Shown here in pieces: positions 14,930 through 28,744 of a DNA stretch of 64,000 bases. Each line of letters opens with the position of its first letter. The first letter of the stretch is position 1. This DNA is from the human T2T-CHM13v2.0 reference genome, Homo sapiens: assembly GCF_009914755.1 (NCBI RefSeq), contig NC_060933.1; one strand, written 5' to 3'. The notes under the pieces were generated by a model. The model was given only the letters and a program-made list of their open reading frames with translations. It was not told the DNA's origin and searched no databases. A program made the position numbers and the translations under genes.

Positions 14930-15166
14930 TAGAAAATATTTTTATTTTGTAGAGTCATTCGATTTTCTCGTGCACTATCAGGAATAGGTATTACATATGC
15001 ACTAGATTTTACTGCTGTTATAATACAGGACTTAGTGAGGCATGCCTTGCAAATGTAGTTAGTTTTCTCTCTACCCTCATTGGTAGGAAGAGTGTGTCTT
15101 ACAAATATGCACTAGTTTAATCAACGCAGCAGTTTCTTGGAAGTGGAAGAATGGAATGTTTCTTAC

Positions 15167-18100
15167 CATTTGGTGGTCCTATGTCTCCACCTGCTGGTAA
15201 ATCAGAATTATCTGTTTCTACTTCCCAGTCAACGTTTGATGGAGACAAAATGTTGGAGCCTGCTCCTACCGGCAAATAAACGGACTCAGGGTCTTCACGA
15301 ATATGCAGCACAGCCAGCTGGGATCCAGGCAGTCTGTTTTTGGTCTCAGCCTGGTTTCCCTCACTTCTTCGATCAGGAAGTGCAGAAAGCACTATCTCTG
15401 CTGCTCTGCATCCCAGAGATTCATCCTCTGGAGACCCAGCTTCCTCTATTGTTTCAGCACTCTGGGCAGGTTCTGTGAGATAAGACAAATCAAAGGGAGG
15501 TGTGTACGGTGCCAGCGACTGCTTCAGAGAATCTTCCTCCAAAGGAGGGTCACCACCATACAGGAAGTGTTCAGGCTCTCTCAGTAAATCTTCATCGATA
15601 TTCTGGCCCATTACATCATATTCAAAATCACCCCACGAGGCTTCAGATGAGCAGATATCTTGCTTCCCTAGGTCCCCATCAACTGGCGTTTCCGGATGGC
15701 CTTCGGATAATGTCAGTTTACTCATGTCATCTATTGTTCCCGTGGATGTGTTGAGACCTGAGGCATCGCTGAAACTGTGGTCAAAGGCAGCTTCGCTTAT
15801 ATCCAGACAAGTGTCTGAGGCTAGCAAAGCATCAGGAACCAAGGCAGGATTCTCTGTGGATAAATGTGGATCACCATCAAACAAAGCTCTTGCACCAGGC
15901 TGACTTTCAGGAGAAAAGCTGTCTGATATCCAAGAACCGTCACCTTCTGGAGTTGGCTCTTGGTGAGTTACAAAAATGCTAGTTGCCACATTTTCAATCC
16001 TTGGGATTCTTCTGTCAACTGGTTCCAAAATTGGTGCCATATCTGGGCTGGCTCCTTTTTCTGATACTTGTAAACCTGTACTGTTGTCACCGTTTATTTC
16101 AGAAGGTTCAGGTGAACCTTTATGAGAGGTGGGCTGAGAGGAGCCCTTTATGTCTGCTTGATAGCCAATTGGAGGCAGCACAGTTGCGTTTTCAGAATCG
16201 AGTTCTGCATTGGATGGGACAAACTCCCGTCCAGGCTCATAAATGGGTTCTTCATCTATCTCTGGCTCAGTGAGACAAAGCTCACTGGATTCCACTTCAG
16301 GTCCCATGCAAGCACTGAGGTGCTTCTCAGTCTCTTGCTTTGCTTCAGAATCGTGACATATATCAGGGCTGTCGGAAGCCTGAGAATTGCTGTCATGTTC
16401 GCAGTGCGTCAGGATATCAGGATTCTCACCATCTGCTTTCAAACTGAAGGGCTTCTTAGCATCTATCCACAAGTCAGGCGCGGCAGAGGCCAGCTGCCCA
16501 CCCTCTTGAAAGTTGCCATGTAAAATATCTGGCACAAAGGTACCTCGGGAGTCCTCACTTGGGGTAGAGCCATCCCATTCAGAGCCTGGCTTCATTATCA
16601 GTTGGGTGGGAGAACTGACAGCAGGAAAATTTTCTGTGGCAATGCTTGAATTTGTCATCTCACCTAGGTATGATTTTTCTTGTTCCCACTGATTTGTTTC
16701 TTGACCTTCATTAGTTGAAACATTAGATGTAACACAACTATTTTCCTCTGCGTGAGTAAAGGCTGCGTCCGGATGATCACAGACTGGCAGCATGGTGTCC
16801 TGACACTGCTCTTGGGTAGGTGTTTCAGGAGTCAGCTCATCACCAGCAGCAGACACAAAGGTTTGCTCTCTTGAGTCCTTTTCTTTAATTTGGTCTAATT
16901 TTACAAGCTGGCTGAACTTGTCAGCATCTGGGTCTGGCTGCCTTGGTTGAATGTTCCAGAGTTGCTCATGGGAGTTCTTCCCATTACCTTCCAGAAAGGG
17001 TGACTGATGGTTGTCACTAAAAGGATTAGTATAGTGTGTTTCCACGGGCTCAATATCACCCTGAACTGGTACTCCCCAGGGACTGGCATTTTGGTGTACT
17101 GAAGAATTTATCTCCAACACACCACTGGAGTCAGACAGCTCCCTTTCAAATGGACTTTCAATTAGTCTCCCTTCCTGGGGTGAGGCCTTCCACCACTCAG
17201 TGCTATCAGCTGAGAAGCCCAGCATTTCCAGTTGAGAATTATCTTCGTTCTTTGGGAACGAAGCTTTGGGAGATATTTGCCATGCAACATCTCCTGTTGT
17301 CCCTGTTTCTGGAGAAGATCTCTTCTCCTTCTCCACTGCTGTAATCTGCATTTCAGTCTCTGTTAATGGTGAGAAAGTCCAGGGATCAGGGCTGCTTTGT
17401 TGATTGTCACAGAATGGGTTTGACTTATTCTCATTCTCTGCTGGCTCTGAGCTGTCTAGGTAGTCATAAATATTTTCAGACTTAGGATCAGCTGTGACCA
17501 AGAACTTATTAGATTCATTCAATGAATCCCAAGCTCTGGATTCATCCTCAGCAACGTTGCAGTTGGCCACCTGGATCTCTTCCTCTATTGACTCTTCACC
17601 ACCGACACTGTCATCATCAGAACCTGAGCTTGTTGAAATGACCCTGGCATCCTCTGGCTGCACAGTTGCAGAAATGTCATGTTCATTTTTCTCCTGGTAG
17701 CTAGCAATTAGATTGCTTTCCTGATGTGTCCCTGAATGTTCAGAATATTTGCCTGTTTCAGGACTGGATAAAGAGGAAAAGGAATCACCATCAACTGAGT
17801 CATTCCAGATCTCTAAAAATGTAGGAGTTTTGCGATCAAAGCTCTTTTCAAACTCATTTATTCTGTTTTTCTCTAAATCCTTCACTTTGGTAACTATTTC
17901 TACTTGGCCATCAGTGGTAATTAGTTCAGATTCTTGGTGATTCTGTTCACTCCAGTTGCCTTGGTTTTCTTCTTGATACCCAGAACTGGGTTGCTGGCCC
18001 CAGGAGGACAGTGCAACTGAAGAGTCATTTAACTCAGGACTTGATGCACTTGAATGAGTATACTCACTAGAAATAGTATCTCTGTCAAAATTTCCAGACG

Positions 18101-21100
18101 AACCGGCTCCTGGAAGGCTATTTTCAGACCCCTTAACGTCAAGATTTTTGGTTATCTCAGAACGTGTGCTGCTGACATGCACATCACTGTCTATAGGGAC
18201 GTCCCCAAAGTCAAGACTTCGGGGAACTCTGTGAGGTGGCCCTCCACCCACGTTCTCTGGCTCTAGAAAGTTACATTCTTCAGTTTTCTCAAGATCCTTT
18301 TCAGGTACAGATACATATTTTGTGAAATTCATCCCATCTGAAGTCTCAGTAGTTTCACCTGAATTTCTTTGACTCATGAGGTGTTTTTCATGGGTATCTT
18401 TTGGCTGCAGGTTATCTGCGGACATCCCTGTTTGCACATCACGGGAGTCTAGATTGTAAGACCCCTCCTCATACTCTAAAACTTCCTCTGGTTCCTCGGT
18501 TTGAGGACTGAAAGTGACAGCAAGAGAGCTGATTTTGCCTGATTTAATGCAGATTTCCTGATGTTCAGATGCAACCAGAGAAGACAGTTCCTGGTCACTC
18601 TGCCCTTTTTCAGAAATCCCTGAGGCATTCTCCACACCAGAGGCGATCACCTCCTCTTCATCAAGGTGCCCCCTGTCAGTGGCTCCCTGGGCTTCCTTCT
18701 CACTTTCACTTTGTCCATCGCCATGACCTTTCCATGGATCTGGGTGTGGAAAATACCCTGGATTCTCAAGCCTAGTCGCCAAGGATGCTGCATCACTTTG
18801 CAGGGTTTCCCTCTCTGTGTCCTGCTTGTCAAGATGAGATATAAGTGCCTCTGATTCACTGGTTCCAGAGGCTGCTGGCGCATCTGGGGAATGAGTGTCT
18901 TTAACATTTGCTGAATGGCTGGGGATTTCAGGAGGCAATTCCCTTTGCTCTGAATCTGTGATATGTGAGGAGCCTGGTAACATGAATGATGACATGTCTT
19001 TATCTCTCATGACAGAATCCCAAATACTGTTTGCAATTAGCTGCCCACTTTTCTCATTCAATGTGTGATGTTCACTGGGAGCACTGTCCTTGGTATGCTC
19101 ATCAGAGGCAGGGAGCTCCCAATCTACCTGATTTGCTTCCTGATACTCCAAGCCCCAGGGTTCCAGCTGTCTCACTGTAAATCGGGTTTCCGGCTCGGAA
19201 CCTTCAGCCATGTATCCTTCTGTTTGACCATCACTGGGGATTGCCGCACCCCCACTGCAGTCATCCCAGTCCAAATCATTGTCCATATCTGAGATCGTTG
19301 CAGTGGACTGAGTATCCTCCAAAATCACTCTGTTCCACAAGTCGAGACTGTCAGGGGCCGTCTGCCGGGAGTTGGTGCTGCTGTGCAAAAGTGTGAGTTG
19401 TCGGTTTGTTTCATTGTACAGTTGCATCATGCTGGGGTCGTCGTAACTGGACTGGCTGCTTTCCCCGACGTCATCCTCCATGGAGATATTCTTACCATCT
19501 GTGTGCTCTGTCTTGAGTTCATTTTCATCCAGGTTGTGAGTGGTATTTATTTCAGAACTGTTATCTGTATGAGGTGAAGCCCACATGTCTAGGTTCCCAG
19601 GACCTGAACTGATTCGATTTCGAGATGACTGTTGCAGTGACTGTTGCAGTGACTGAGGAGGAATGTCAGTCTCCTCTGCCATGGAGTTACCATCTTTTGA
19701 CTCAAAACCTTCCTCTTTAGCAAATGGCTTGTGTTCAGTTTCCTTTTCGTCTCCAGCAAATGTTGGTGATGTGTAAGAGTCTGAGGTGGAATAATTGGTA
19801 TCTAAGGGGGAAGGCACCGAATCTTCTCCTAGGTTGGATGCACTGTAATCAGAACATTTGTAAGATAAGAAGGAATCTTCCCAAGGAACTAGGACATCTG
19901 ACCCTCCTTTCTTCATATTCTCCTCAAAAAGGTTCCAGGAATCTACCTTTTCATATACCTTGCCCCTAGTTTTAGGATCCACTAAACCATTCTGATCTTC
20001 TTTTGGTGGCTTAGAATTAGTCCATGTGTGATCCAGATCAGAACTGGGATTTCCAGGTGCAAAGATGTGATCCCTGGAGTCATTGTTTTTCTTGCCCCAG
20101 ATTTCTGGAGCTGCTTCATTGTTTATCTCACTGGGTGAATTGTCCAGTAGTTCTGAAGAAGAAAAGGCAAACCCACTTTTTGCCATGGCCCACTCATTCG
20201 GGTCCCTAACAGAAGGTGTCTTGCTGCTTGTTGGGTGCAAATCCCAGGTATTTTTTAAAGCTTCATCATGATCTTCTTTACCAAATGCACTCCAGGCTGG
20301 GAATGGCGCCACAGCTGCTGGTTCACCATCATCTGTAGGATTTCCCCAGGGCTCGGGCATGGCTGTGGGAGAGCGACCAGAATGCCACAAAGAAGCAAAG
20401 TCTTCTATCAGGTGGTTTGTTCCTTGGGGAGATGTATTTGGCAAAGGTGACTTCTCCATGGGCAGGTTCTGGAACGGCAAGCTTTCCTCATTTTTGTCTT
20501 GAATATCATTGCTACCCAGTTCAGGCTGACCAAATTCAGACTCCCAGGGACCTGACTTTGTAAATTCGAGGCTCTTTGGTTGAAATACAGAATCTGAGGC
20601 TCTCCTATCAATGGAGCTTGGCTTATGCTCTTTCCATGATTCAGGGCTCTGGAAAACAGATTCCTGTTCACTGGAACTCCACGCATCTGCAATATTTTTG
20701 GAGTCAATTTCCAAACCACCCCACCAGCTGCTGCACCGTGCATGGGTCTGAGGTGGCCCCATGTGACCTGTGTCAGTTGCTTTTTGGGTCATATCTTCTG
20801 TATAGAGTGAGGCTGGTTCTTCAGTGGATGGCGAGCTTTCTACTAAACTATTCATGGGTGTTGGTGGGATCCTCTTTCCAGTATTTTTTAGCCTTTCTGG
20901 GGAAGGGGATTCATCTCCCACAAAATCTGTCAGGCTCAAATTTCTTTCAGAGTTATCTCTGGGACTGTCTTGTCTCTGGACAAACTCCTCATCATGTTCC
21001 ACAAGGCTATCTTTGCCAGCCCCTGACAAAAGTGAACTGGATGAATAATTAGACATGTTCGTTCCCATGCCATCAAGTCCTTCAGGCCCAGCGGGGAGCT

Positions 21101-21776
21101 GTCCTTCTGACAGGTCGCTGTTGGGGAAGAAGTCATCTGCTGGGGAGTAGTCTGCAGAATGAGAAGATTGCTGGGACTGCCCAGAAGCCATGGGTGCTGG
21201 GTCAAAATTGAAGAGGTCGAAGTGCTCACCGTGTTCTCCAGACCATGCATGTTCCTCCGCCACCGCCCCTTCAGGGATGGGGCTGTAGGAGTCAAGCCCT
21301 GGGAGAAGGGTGTGGTGAGGCCCAGCACCTTCTCCCACGGGGCTGTCGTCACTGAGGAAAACAGAGCTCTCCTTGGATGAGCGGCTGCTCCTAATGGTAG
21401 CCAGTCCGCTGTCTGGGCTAACAAGGTCTACATTGGCATCCACCTGAGCCTGGTTAGAATCATTGAGATCTGGAGGGTTCTCTATGAAATTCACAGAGCT
21501 GGGTTGTGGCTCTATGTCAGAACCATACAATTCCATAATCCCAGAAGACCCCTGGGAGAGGGGGGCACTGCCTGCCACGGCTTCTGTTGAGGATGTCCGG
21601 CTATTGGAGACCATCTCTGGACACCTCCTGTTGATGACTTCCTTGACAACGAGAACCACCTGATCACAAGTCACTGAAGGGTCCTCTTGTTGGTACACCA
21701 GGATCTCATCACAGCCACAGTCAAAGGGCTCCAGTTCTAGGCAAGGGTTCTGACACTCTTCCAGCTCACAGCAAAT
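15167..21776 (-). CDS. PRUNE2: PRUNE2 giant coding exon 8 (ICCELEECQ...GDIGPPN-G), 6610 nt, Ser/Glu/Asp/Pro-rich disordered region
   Basis: Lies within the 2235-aa ORF 15117..21824. Acceptor ttccgacag|ATT at 21776 with branch-like tgctgac about 25 nt upstream; donor AATG|gtaaga at 15167 (phase 1). The peptide is recognised as PRUNE2/BMCC1. Confidence 0.97.
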
Positions 21777-22559
21777 CTGTCGGAAGGCACAGGAATTTGT
21801 GTCAGCACTCAAGCACTGTTGCACTTTGCAATTGCACTTTGCAATTTATCTCGCTTAATTTTTAAATATAAAATTAATCTGTGTTCATCTGTCTGAAAAA
21901 GAAGATCTCAAACTTAGAAAGTTCTGATTACTGTACCACCAACCCTTTCTCCAATTCTATCCAACTGTCTCTCTGTTTAATTCAAAATCCAGGTGCTCGA
22001 TTTTGATGGCTCCTGAACGTTTGGGTAAAGGAGTTTAAACCACCTATTCTTTCCTAACTGTAATATAATACCATCTTCCAATAGCAATGTAATTCGAGTT
22101 GCAAAAAAGGAGAGATAATGCATGTTGCTGACAACTATAGGAAAAGTGTTGGAATAAGGGGACAATATCAGGAGACAGGCTCTTGTTTGGGAGGGGGCAG
22201 CCAGGGCTGCTTGAACCTCTGATAGCTTCAGAATGCAAAAGAGAGAGTAGGAAAGACAAAGATGCTCCCGCGGTCTGATCTTTCCGAACAGCACTCAGGA
22301 CCCCTCAGTCCCTTTCACCCCAGGTAACGGAGGCATGGAGCCCAAAACAGGCAAAGCTAACCTGGGAGGCAAGGGGACACTGACGGATGGTCAGTGTGAG
22401 GCCAGAACTGGGTTACGGCTTTCTGATTTTTAGGGAATGTCAGGAGTATTTTGTTGTGCTGGGCCTTTGAAATGGCCCCACGGGATTAGTAGAGATAAAA
22501 TTAATAATAATAATAACAACCACCACTACCACCATGGAGCTCACATAGATACTACTACT

Positions 22560-22790
22560 ACTACTAATTAACATTTATTGAGTGCTTTCATGTGCCAGGC
22601 ATGGTTCTAAGGGTTTTATGATCATTATCTCTTTTAATCACCACAGTAATTCCACAAGGTAGGAACTCTTTTTATTCCTATTTTACCCATGAAGAAATGA
22701 AGATACAGGAAGATTAAATAACTTGTCCAGCAACACACAGCTAACAAGTGCTGGAGCCTGAGTTCTGTACCCAGGCAACCTAGCTGCAAA
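22560..22790 (-). mobile_element. MIR
   Basis: acatttattgagtgc...tgtgccaggc...tttaatcaccacag...aggtagg...ataacttgtcc. Confidence 0.65.
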
Positions 22791-23980
22791 GGCTGACTCG
22801 GCCAGTGGTGTGACCACACAGGCCAAGAGGAACTCGCTAGGCCAGAGCCAGGACTCTGTTGCTTAAGATTCCAGCGATCCACCTCTGGCTATTGCTAGGA
22901 TGGGGAGGGTGGGTGGGGAGAAGAGAGGAGGACTGGGGTCAACTCAAGAGCTTTTAACTCCTTCATCTGCTCTTCTACTTTTGTCTGTTTCCAATGAACC
23001 AATTTTCACATTGGTTTGAAAAAGGGGTCTACTGCTAAAAGTGATGTGAAAGCCGCCATGTTGTAGGCTTCCAAGGCCTAAATCCCATCCCTGGGAAGCC
23101 AGTGACCAAAGATGAAATTTAGCTTTGAAACCAAATGCAGAGGAAAGTGATGAAAAAACCACAGGCTGGTGGTGCAGGTCAGAGGAGGAGATGCTCTTTC
23201 ACATTCGGACTTGAGAGAGCCCGAGAGTACCCACAGGCATGGGTCAAGAGAGCTACAGTGGAGCTCTTGGGGGACAGAAAGGAGGATGTAGAAAAGAAAG
23301 GGGCAGAGACTGTGCCTCTAGCCACCCATGGATACATAAGGCATTGAATCCATTAGTGAAGAGAAATAAGTAATGAAGCATCTGGGGCCCCGTGTGGCTC
23401 CTATTATAATGAATCATGTATGTTCTCATATTAGTTATTAAGTACACCTGGCTTGGTATATCCGATGGCCTATTTTGATTAATTTATCTAATTCTTTTTT
23501 TTTTTTATTTCCTAGGCCTTGGGTTAAAAGACTCAGCTATCAACCTGGAGGATAACTGATTACCTAGTCAGAGTTCTGGTACCTGGAGACAAACTAACTT
23601 TGATTAAAGCATCAGATCACCAGGTCTTAAACACTGGGCACCAAACCGGTCCTGGGACAGGGGCTAAACCTTGTCAGTTATGATCAGGGAGCAGTCCTAG
23701 AAGAAAATAGCACCCAAAGGAGAACTTGCTCTTTTGGGAATGAGAAAGAGCTAATGTTTTGCACTATGGATTCAGTCAAGAAGAGAAATGCTTTTGGGGC
23801 TTTCTTAAAAGGCCAAATGTAAAAAGTACCCCCATCATTTCCTAAAACTCAAACCTCTAGGACTCTACCTCTTGGGCTAATTGCTCATGAGCCACCAATC
23901 TGTTCTGTCTTGCACTGTGTGTTCTGAGAGCCAGCAGGTTAGGACAGAGGGAACATGACGGGGTCAGAGGAGGGGCTCAC

Positions 23981-24139
23981 CTGACTGCACAGCTCCATGT
24001 TTTCTGAGTACACAGCAATCTGTCGTCTCGGCTGCTGCTCCTCTGACAGATAGCTGGAGAACAGGATGAGGACATCAAAACCAAACTTGTCTGTAAATGC
24101 TTTCAAGTCACTGGTAATATTGCTGTGAAATAGACAATT
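23981..24139 (-). CDS. PRUNE2: PRUNE2 coding exon 7 (NCLFHSNITSDLKAFTDKFGFDVLILFSSYLSEEQQPRRQIAVYSENMELCSQ), DHHA2 region
   Basis: Minus-strand acceptor tttcag|AAT at 24139 and donor CAG|gtgagc at 23981. The exon is 159 nt, phase 0/0, and joins the next exon in frame. The peptide is recognised as prune-family DHHA2 sequence. Confidence 0.95.
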
Positions 24140-24602
24140 CTGAAACGACAACAGGAAATTTGATATTAATGTCAAACTGCCCAGCTGCGGGGAGTTGTTC
24201 CACAAATTTGTCCAGTCTTATGATGTATTTAGGAGAGATATTTATTATTTAAGGCAAGTGAAATACAGTTTGCTTTGAGAAGGAGTGGAAACTTTCATGC
24301 TATGGCTTAAAATACACTTTGCTTGTTTGTTTTCCCAAACCATGTAAGAAAGGAGTTTTTGCCATTATTAATAATAGTTTAGACAAAGAACAGATATCCT
24401 AAACATTTTTTTCTAAAATATTTATTCAGATGCTTAATTTGCAAATCCTATTTTCCCTCTTGTCGCTTATAGGATCTATATACGAATGTCTGCTATTGTT
24501 ACAATTTATCACAATAAGAATAGGAGGAAGTTATTTCTTCCTGTATTTTTTTTCTAATGATTATTATTAACTCCAAGGAGAAATTCCTACGAATCAACAT
24601 AG

Positions 24603-25111
<509 letters not shown>

Positions 25112-27043
25112 CGGTCTTTGAGTTTTATTAACTACAATGAGAGCCACTTTCTCTGTGTGGGTGTCTCTCTTCCTTAAAGAAGTACAGTGAAGAACATATG
25201 CTAGCCCCTAACATAATGCCTGGCATATACTAGTTGTTCAAGAAATGTTTGTCGGATGACTGGAGAGACAGGTACACAAAATCAACCTGTGCTCCATCAT
25301 CCATAATCTTCTATCATAGTCCACATATATATCTATCCTAGCACATATATGATCATACCACATAATTCATCAACTGACAGTCTATTGTGTCACTCAACAA
25401 AAAACACCATGATGTGCACTCAAGGGATTTAAAAGATTCTGTTCATTTTTTCTGATTATAATAGCAATCAGAATTATGCCTGTCATGGGTAAGATACTAA
25501 AACAACACAGAAATGTGTACCACAGAAAGTGGAAGTGCCACACACATCTCCTAGGACAGCCACTGTGAAGATGTGAACGATGCCGTGCAGAGAGTTGCAG
25601 ATTTCCCCATACCCACATTAATGTCTATGTGGTCATTCTTTGAAACTCGTGGATTGGGTATTTGTGGCTAAGACTATTTACCAGCCACTTCAAAAAGCCA
25701 TCATACCCGTACTCTGTAATTCTGCTGAGTTGAATCTCAAGGTCTGTGAGGCTCTGAAGAGGGCACACAAGACCCTGGGTAGGTAGGCAGGCAGGCCCCG
25801 CCCATCACGGGCTTCCATGTTTCGAGGAGGCTTTGCTGTCTACTCCAAGGCAGCCACTCTCATCTGGCATCTTACTGGGCCACTTTCCCTTTTTTGGTTG
25901 CAAGGAATTGCACATACGAATCCACAAAGGTCTCAGGATCTATTCTCATGCTGATGAACATCAAGGATCTATTGTAATGACATTTATGATCATATAAGTC
26001 ATATGCGTTTGGAACATATGCTTTTGGAAGTGTGTGTTCCAAAGTGTGTACTGTCAGCTTTCATGCTTTTTATTTATTTTCCAAATGGCCTAATAACAAT
26101 CTTTAAGTAGATGTTTAAAAAATTAATTCATCCACAATAGAAAGACATTAAATATTTAAAAGGAGATTTTTTAAATAATCAAAACTCATATACAATGTGT
26201 GTTCAACAGATAAAATTATTTCAAACCATCATTGAGGGTGAATCAAGAACCTCATTGCTAAACTTGTAGCAACTATGAACTGTAAAAAAAGATATAGCCC
26301 TGAAAAAAATAAAAAGAGACTACAACTAACTACAACTTATTTCCAGTAACTGAAGGCTTCAGCACAATAAGCCTTACAGTTTTCCTTTCTAAGTATTTTT
26401 CGTTATGTATATAAAGGCCTCCAAATACATTTATAAACCCTTGAAAGAAGACACACATTTCTAAGAGATTTTTACATATAACAAAATTCTCACTACACTC
26501 CTGGCCGGGTCACTGAAACAAGAGGGGGCAGGTTTTATTTGTATCTGAGCATAAGATTAAGAATCAGTAGAATCAACACTGTTCAAAGCCACACTTGTGG
26601 AAAGTTTCCTATTCAAAAATGCCGGCTGATCTCCAAACTGTTTTAATTCTTCTGTGTTAAACTGATGGCTCTAGGACCTCGATGGACTCAAGTCCAAAAG
26701 CATTGGCAACACCAGGCATCTTGTTGGAAATGCAGAGTCTCCGGCAAAACACTAGACCTATTGAAGCAGGATCTGCATTTTCCAACAATCCTAGGAATTG
26801 GAATGCACGTTGAAATCTGAAAAGCACTACTCCAGAGAGGGATTTATTAGTTGATATATTTTCCTACAAACCAGTCCTTTGGACTCTCTCAGCACTGTCA
26901 CAGGACTTGTACTGACTCACACTGCCAGCTCTTTGTTCCTATGGCAACCTCATCATAAAAGTCCCCTTAGGGTGTGCGTTTCTGGGCCGATTTGCTACAG
27001 GTTCTCATTTAGCAGGTTGGGCACTGGATCAAGACTATATTTT

Positions 27044-27427
27044 CTTTTTCTTTATTTTTTTTTCAGAATGGTATAGGTATGTTTATTTTTAATTTAATTT
27101 AATTTTTAAAATTTTGTTTTAAGTCCTGGGATACATGTGCAGAATGCGCAGGTTTGTTACATAGGTATATGTGTGCCATGGTGGTTTGCTGCACCTATTG
27201 ACCCATCATCTAGATTCCCTCCCGTCGCCCCCCAACCCCCCAACAGGCCCCAGTGTGTGCTGTTCCCCTCCCTGTGTCCATGTGTTCTCATTGTTCAACT
27301 CCCACTTATGAGTGAGAATATGCAGTGTTTGGTTTTCTGTTCCCATGTTAGTTTGTTGAGGATGGTGGCTTCCAGCTTCATCCATGTCCCTGCAAAGGAC
27401 ATGACCTCATCCTTTTTTATGGCTGCA
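27044..27427 (-). mobile_element. 5'-truncated primate L1 (L1PA-type) 3' end with short extra segment and second A-tail
   Basis: gatacatgtgcagaatg...gttacatagg...caactcccacttatgagtgagaatatgc...tttttatggctgca; TSD agactRtattttc at 27032-27044 and 27429-27441. Confidence 0.9.
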
Positions 27428-28744
27428 GAGACTGTATTTTCATCATGTCCCTCAAGTGCTCTAGCTCAGTTTTCCCCTGGGTGACCCCAAATTCCACAGG
27501 ACCAAATGAAGCACTGATAAATCAAAAAACTATTTGAATCACCTAGGCAAGTTAGAGAAACAAAATACATTTTACAATAACCCTAAAACAGATTCTCATC
27601 AGCTCTCCAAGCCAGATTCGATCTTACTGGCCTTGGGATAATGTCAAGAGTTTCATGTTTAAAACAGAATTAAACAAGGGAATGAGTGAGAATCTTCAGG
27701 ATTCCAGGAGGCAGAGCGTGTTTGTTCTGCTTTTATGCCGGTGCTGTTTGCATAGGGGATAATTTATTATTGTCTTCTAGCTACGCAGGGAGTCATGTGC
27801 TGCGGTGGCTCTTATGTTGCTGACAAGCTAGGCTGGCCCTGAATAAACAGCACTTCATCATCAACACAACCCAACTGTAGATACAGGTTGGCATTTTATT
27901 CCCCCCATCTGCCTTCTACCTGATAAATTACTGTTTTAGTTACATGTATACAAATACTATTTGTTAATCTGCTCAAATGTCTCCAAAATGTTCCCCCCAC
28001 TTAAATTAAAATTATATACGTGCATACATATATATCTCCCATTCAATTTACTAAGGATTTAGACAATAAAAGCACTTCCTGTTGAACTTACCACCCCCCC
28101 CACCAGCCACACACACCTTCTGCATTTGTGACCCCAGCCTATAACTGCTGCATGGAATTTAGGAAGTTACTTTATGAATCATTGCAACTGGGAATTGGCT
28201 GGCAAAATCTCATACTAATGCCAGCAGTTAGGGAGAATGGCAATTGCTCCCTGTCACAGCCCTTTGTCACTCGTGATTCCGAAGGGTCGATGACTAAACA
28301 TTTTTAGAGGTCACGTGTCTTGTTGTCTGAGTAATTTCTAGTTTGGGAATGAGTGGGAAAGCCTGGAAACGTGGGGAGAAAAAGCCTTTGTTATTTCCTG
28401 GTCAAAAAAGCTAAGGTGTAGGTCCCAAGAATCCTAAAAGAAGTTGATGCTCATTATAACCCAGAGGAGGAAAACAGAAATAATACAGCTGTACCTGAAC
28501 TAATATCAAAACCAAGATAGTGATAGTGATGGTGCCCCATAGATTACTCCATTCACAGCTGAAAGTGCAGATGCAGTGAAACCTTTCATTCTCACAATAT
28601 CCTATTTTACGTTTTTCATTGCTCAGAAAAAGGCAGTCTTTATGCTGTCTGCTGGTAGCTTCAGTGCATCGTGTGAAACAAAAGTGATGTAAAGAATGTC
28701 TTGTAAACATTTCAGTAGATATCCTTGAGAGACAGAAACCCTCT

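Noticed and set aside
15137-21663. Numerous + strand and alternate-frame ORFs overlapping exon 8
   Set aside because: Shadow ORFs of a long coding exon; no recognisable domains or independent splice or promoter support.
21777-21824. N-terminal extension MQQCLSADTNSCAFRQ of the 2235-aa ORF, and the similar extensions of ORFs 23939..24205 and 13759..14547
   Set aside because: These are intronic sequence upstream of clear splice acceptors, opened from non-ATG starts in the ORF track.
21819-21844. 13-bp duplication ttgcactttgcaa twice, upstream of the exon 8 acceptor
   Set aside because: It lies upstream of the predicted branch point and is a simple slippage product with no evident function.
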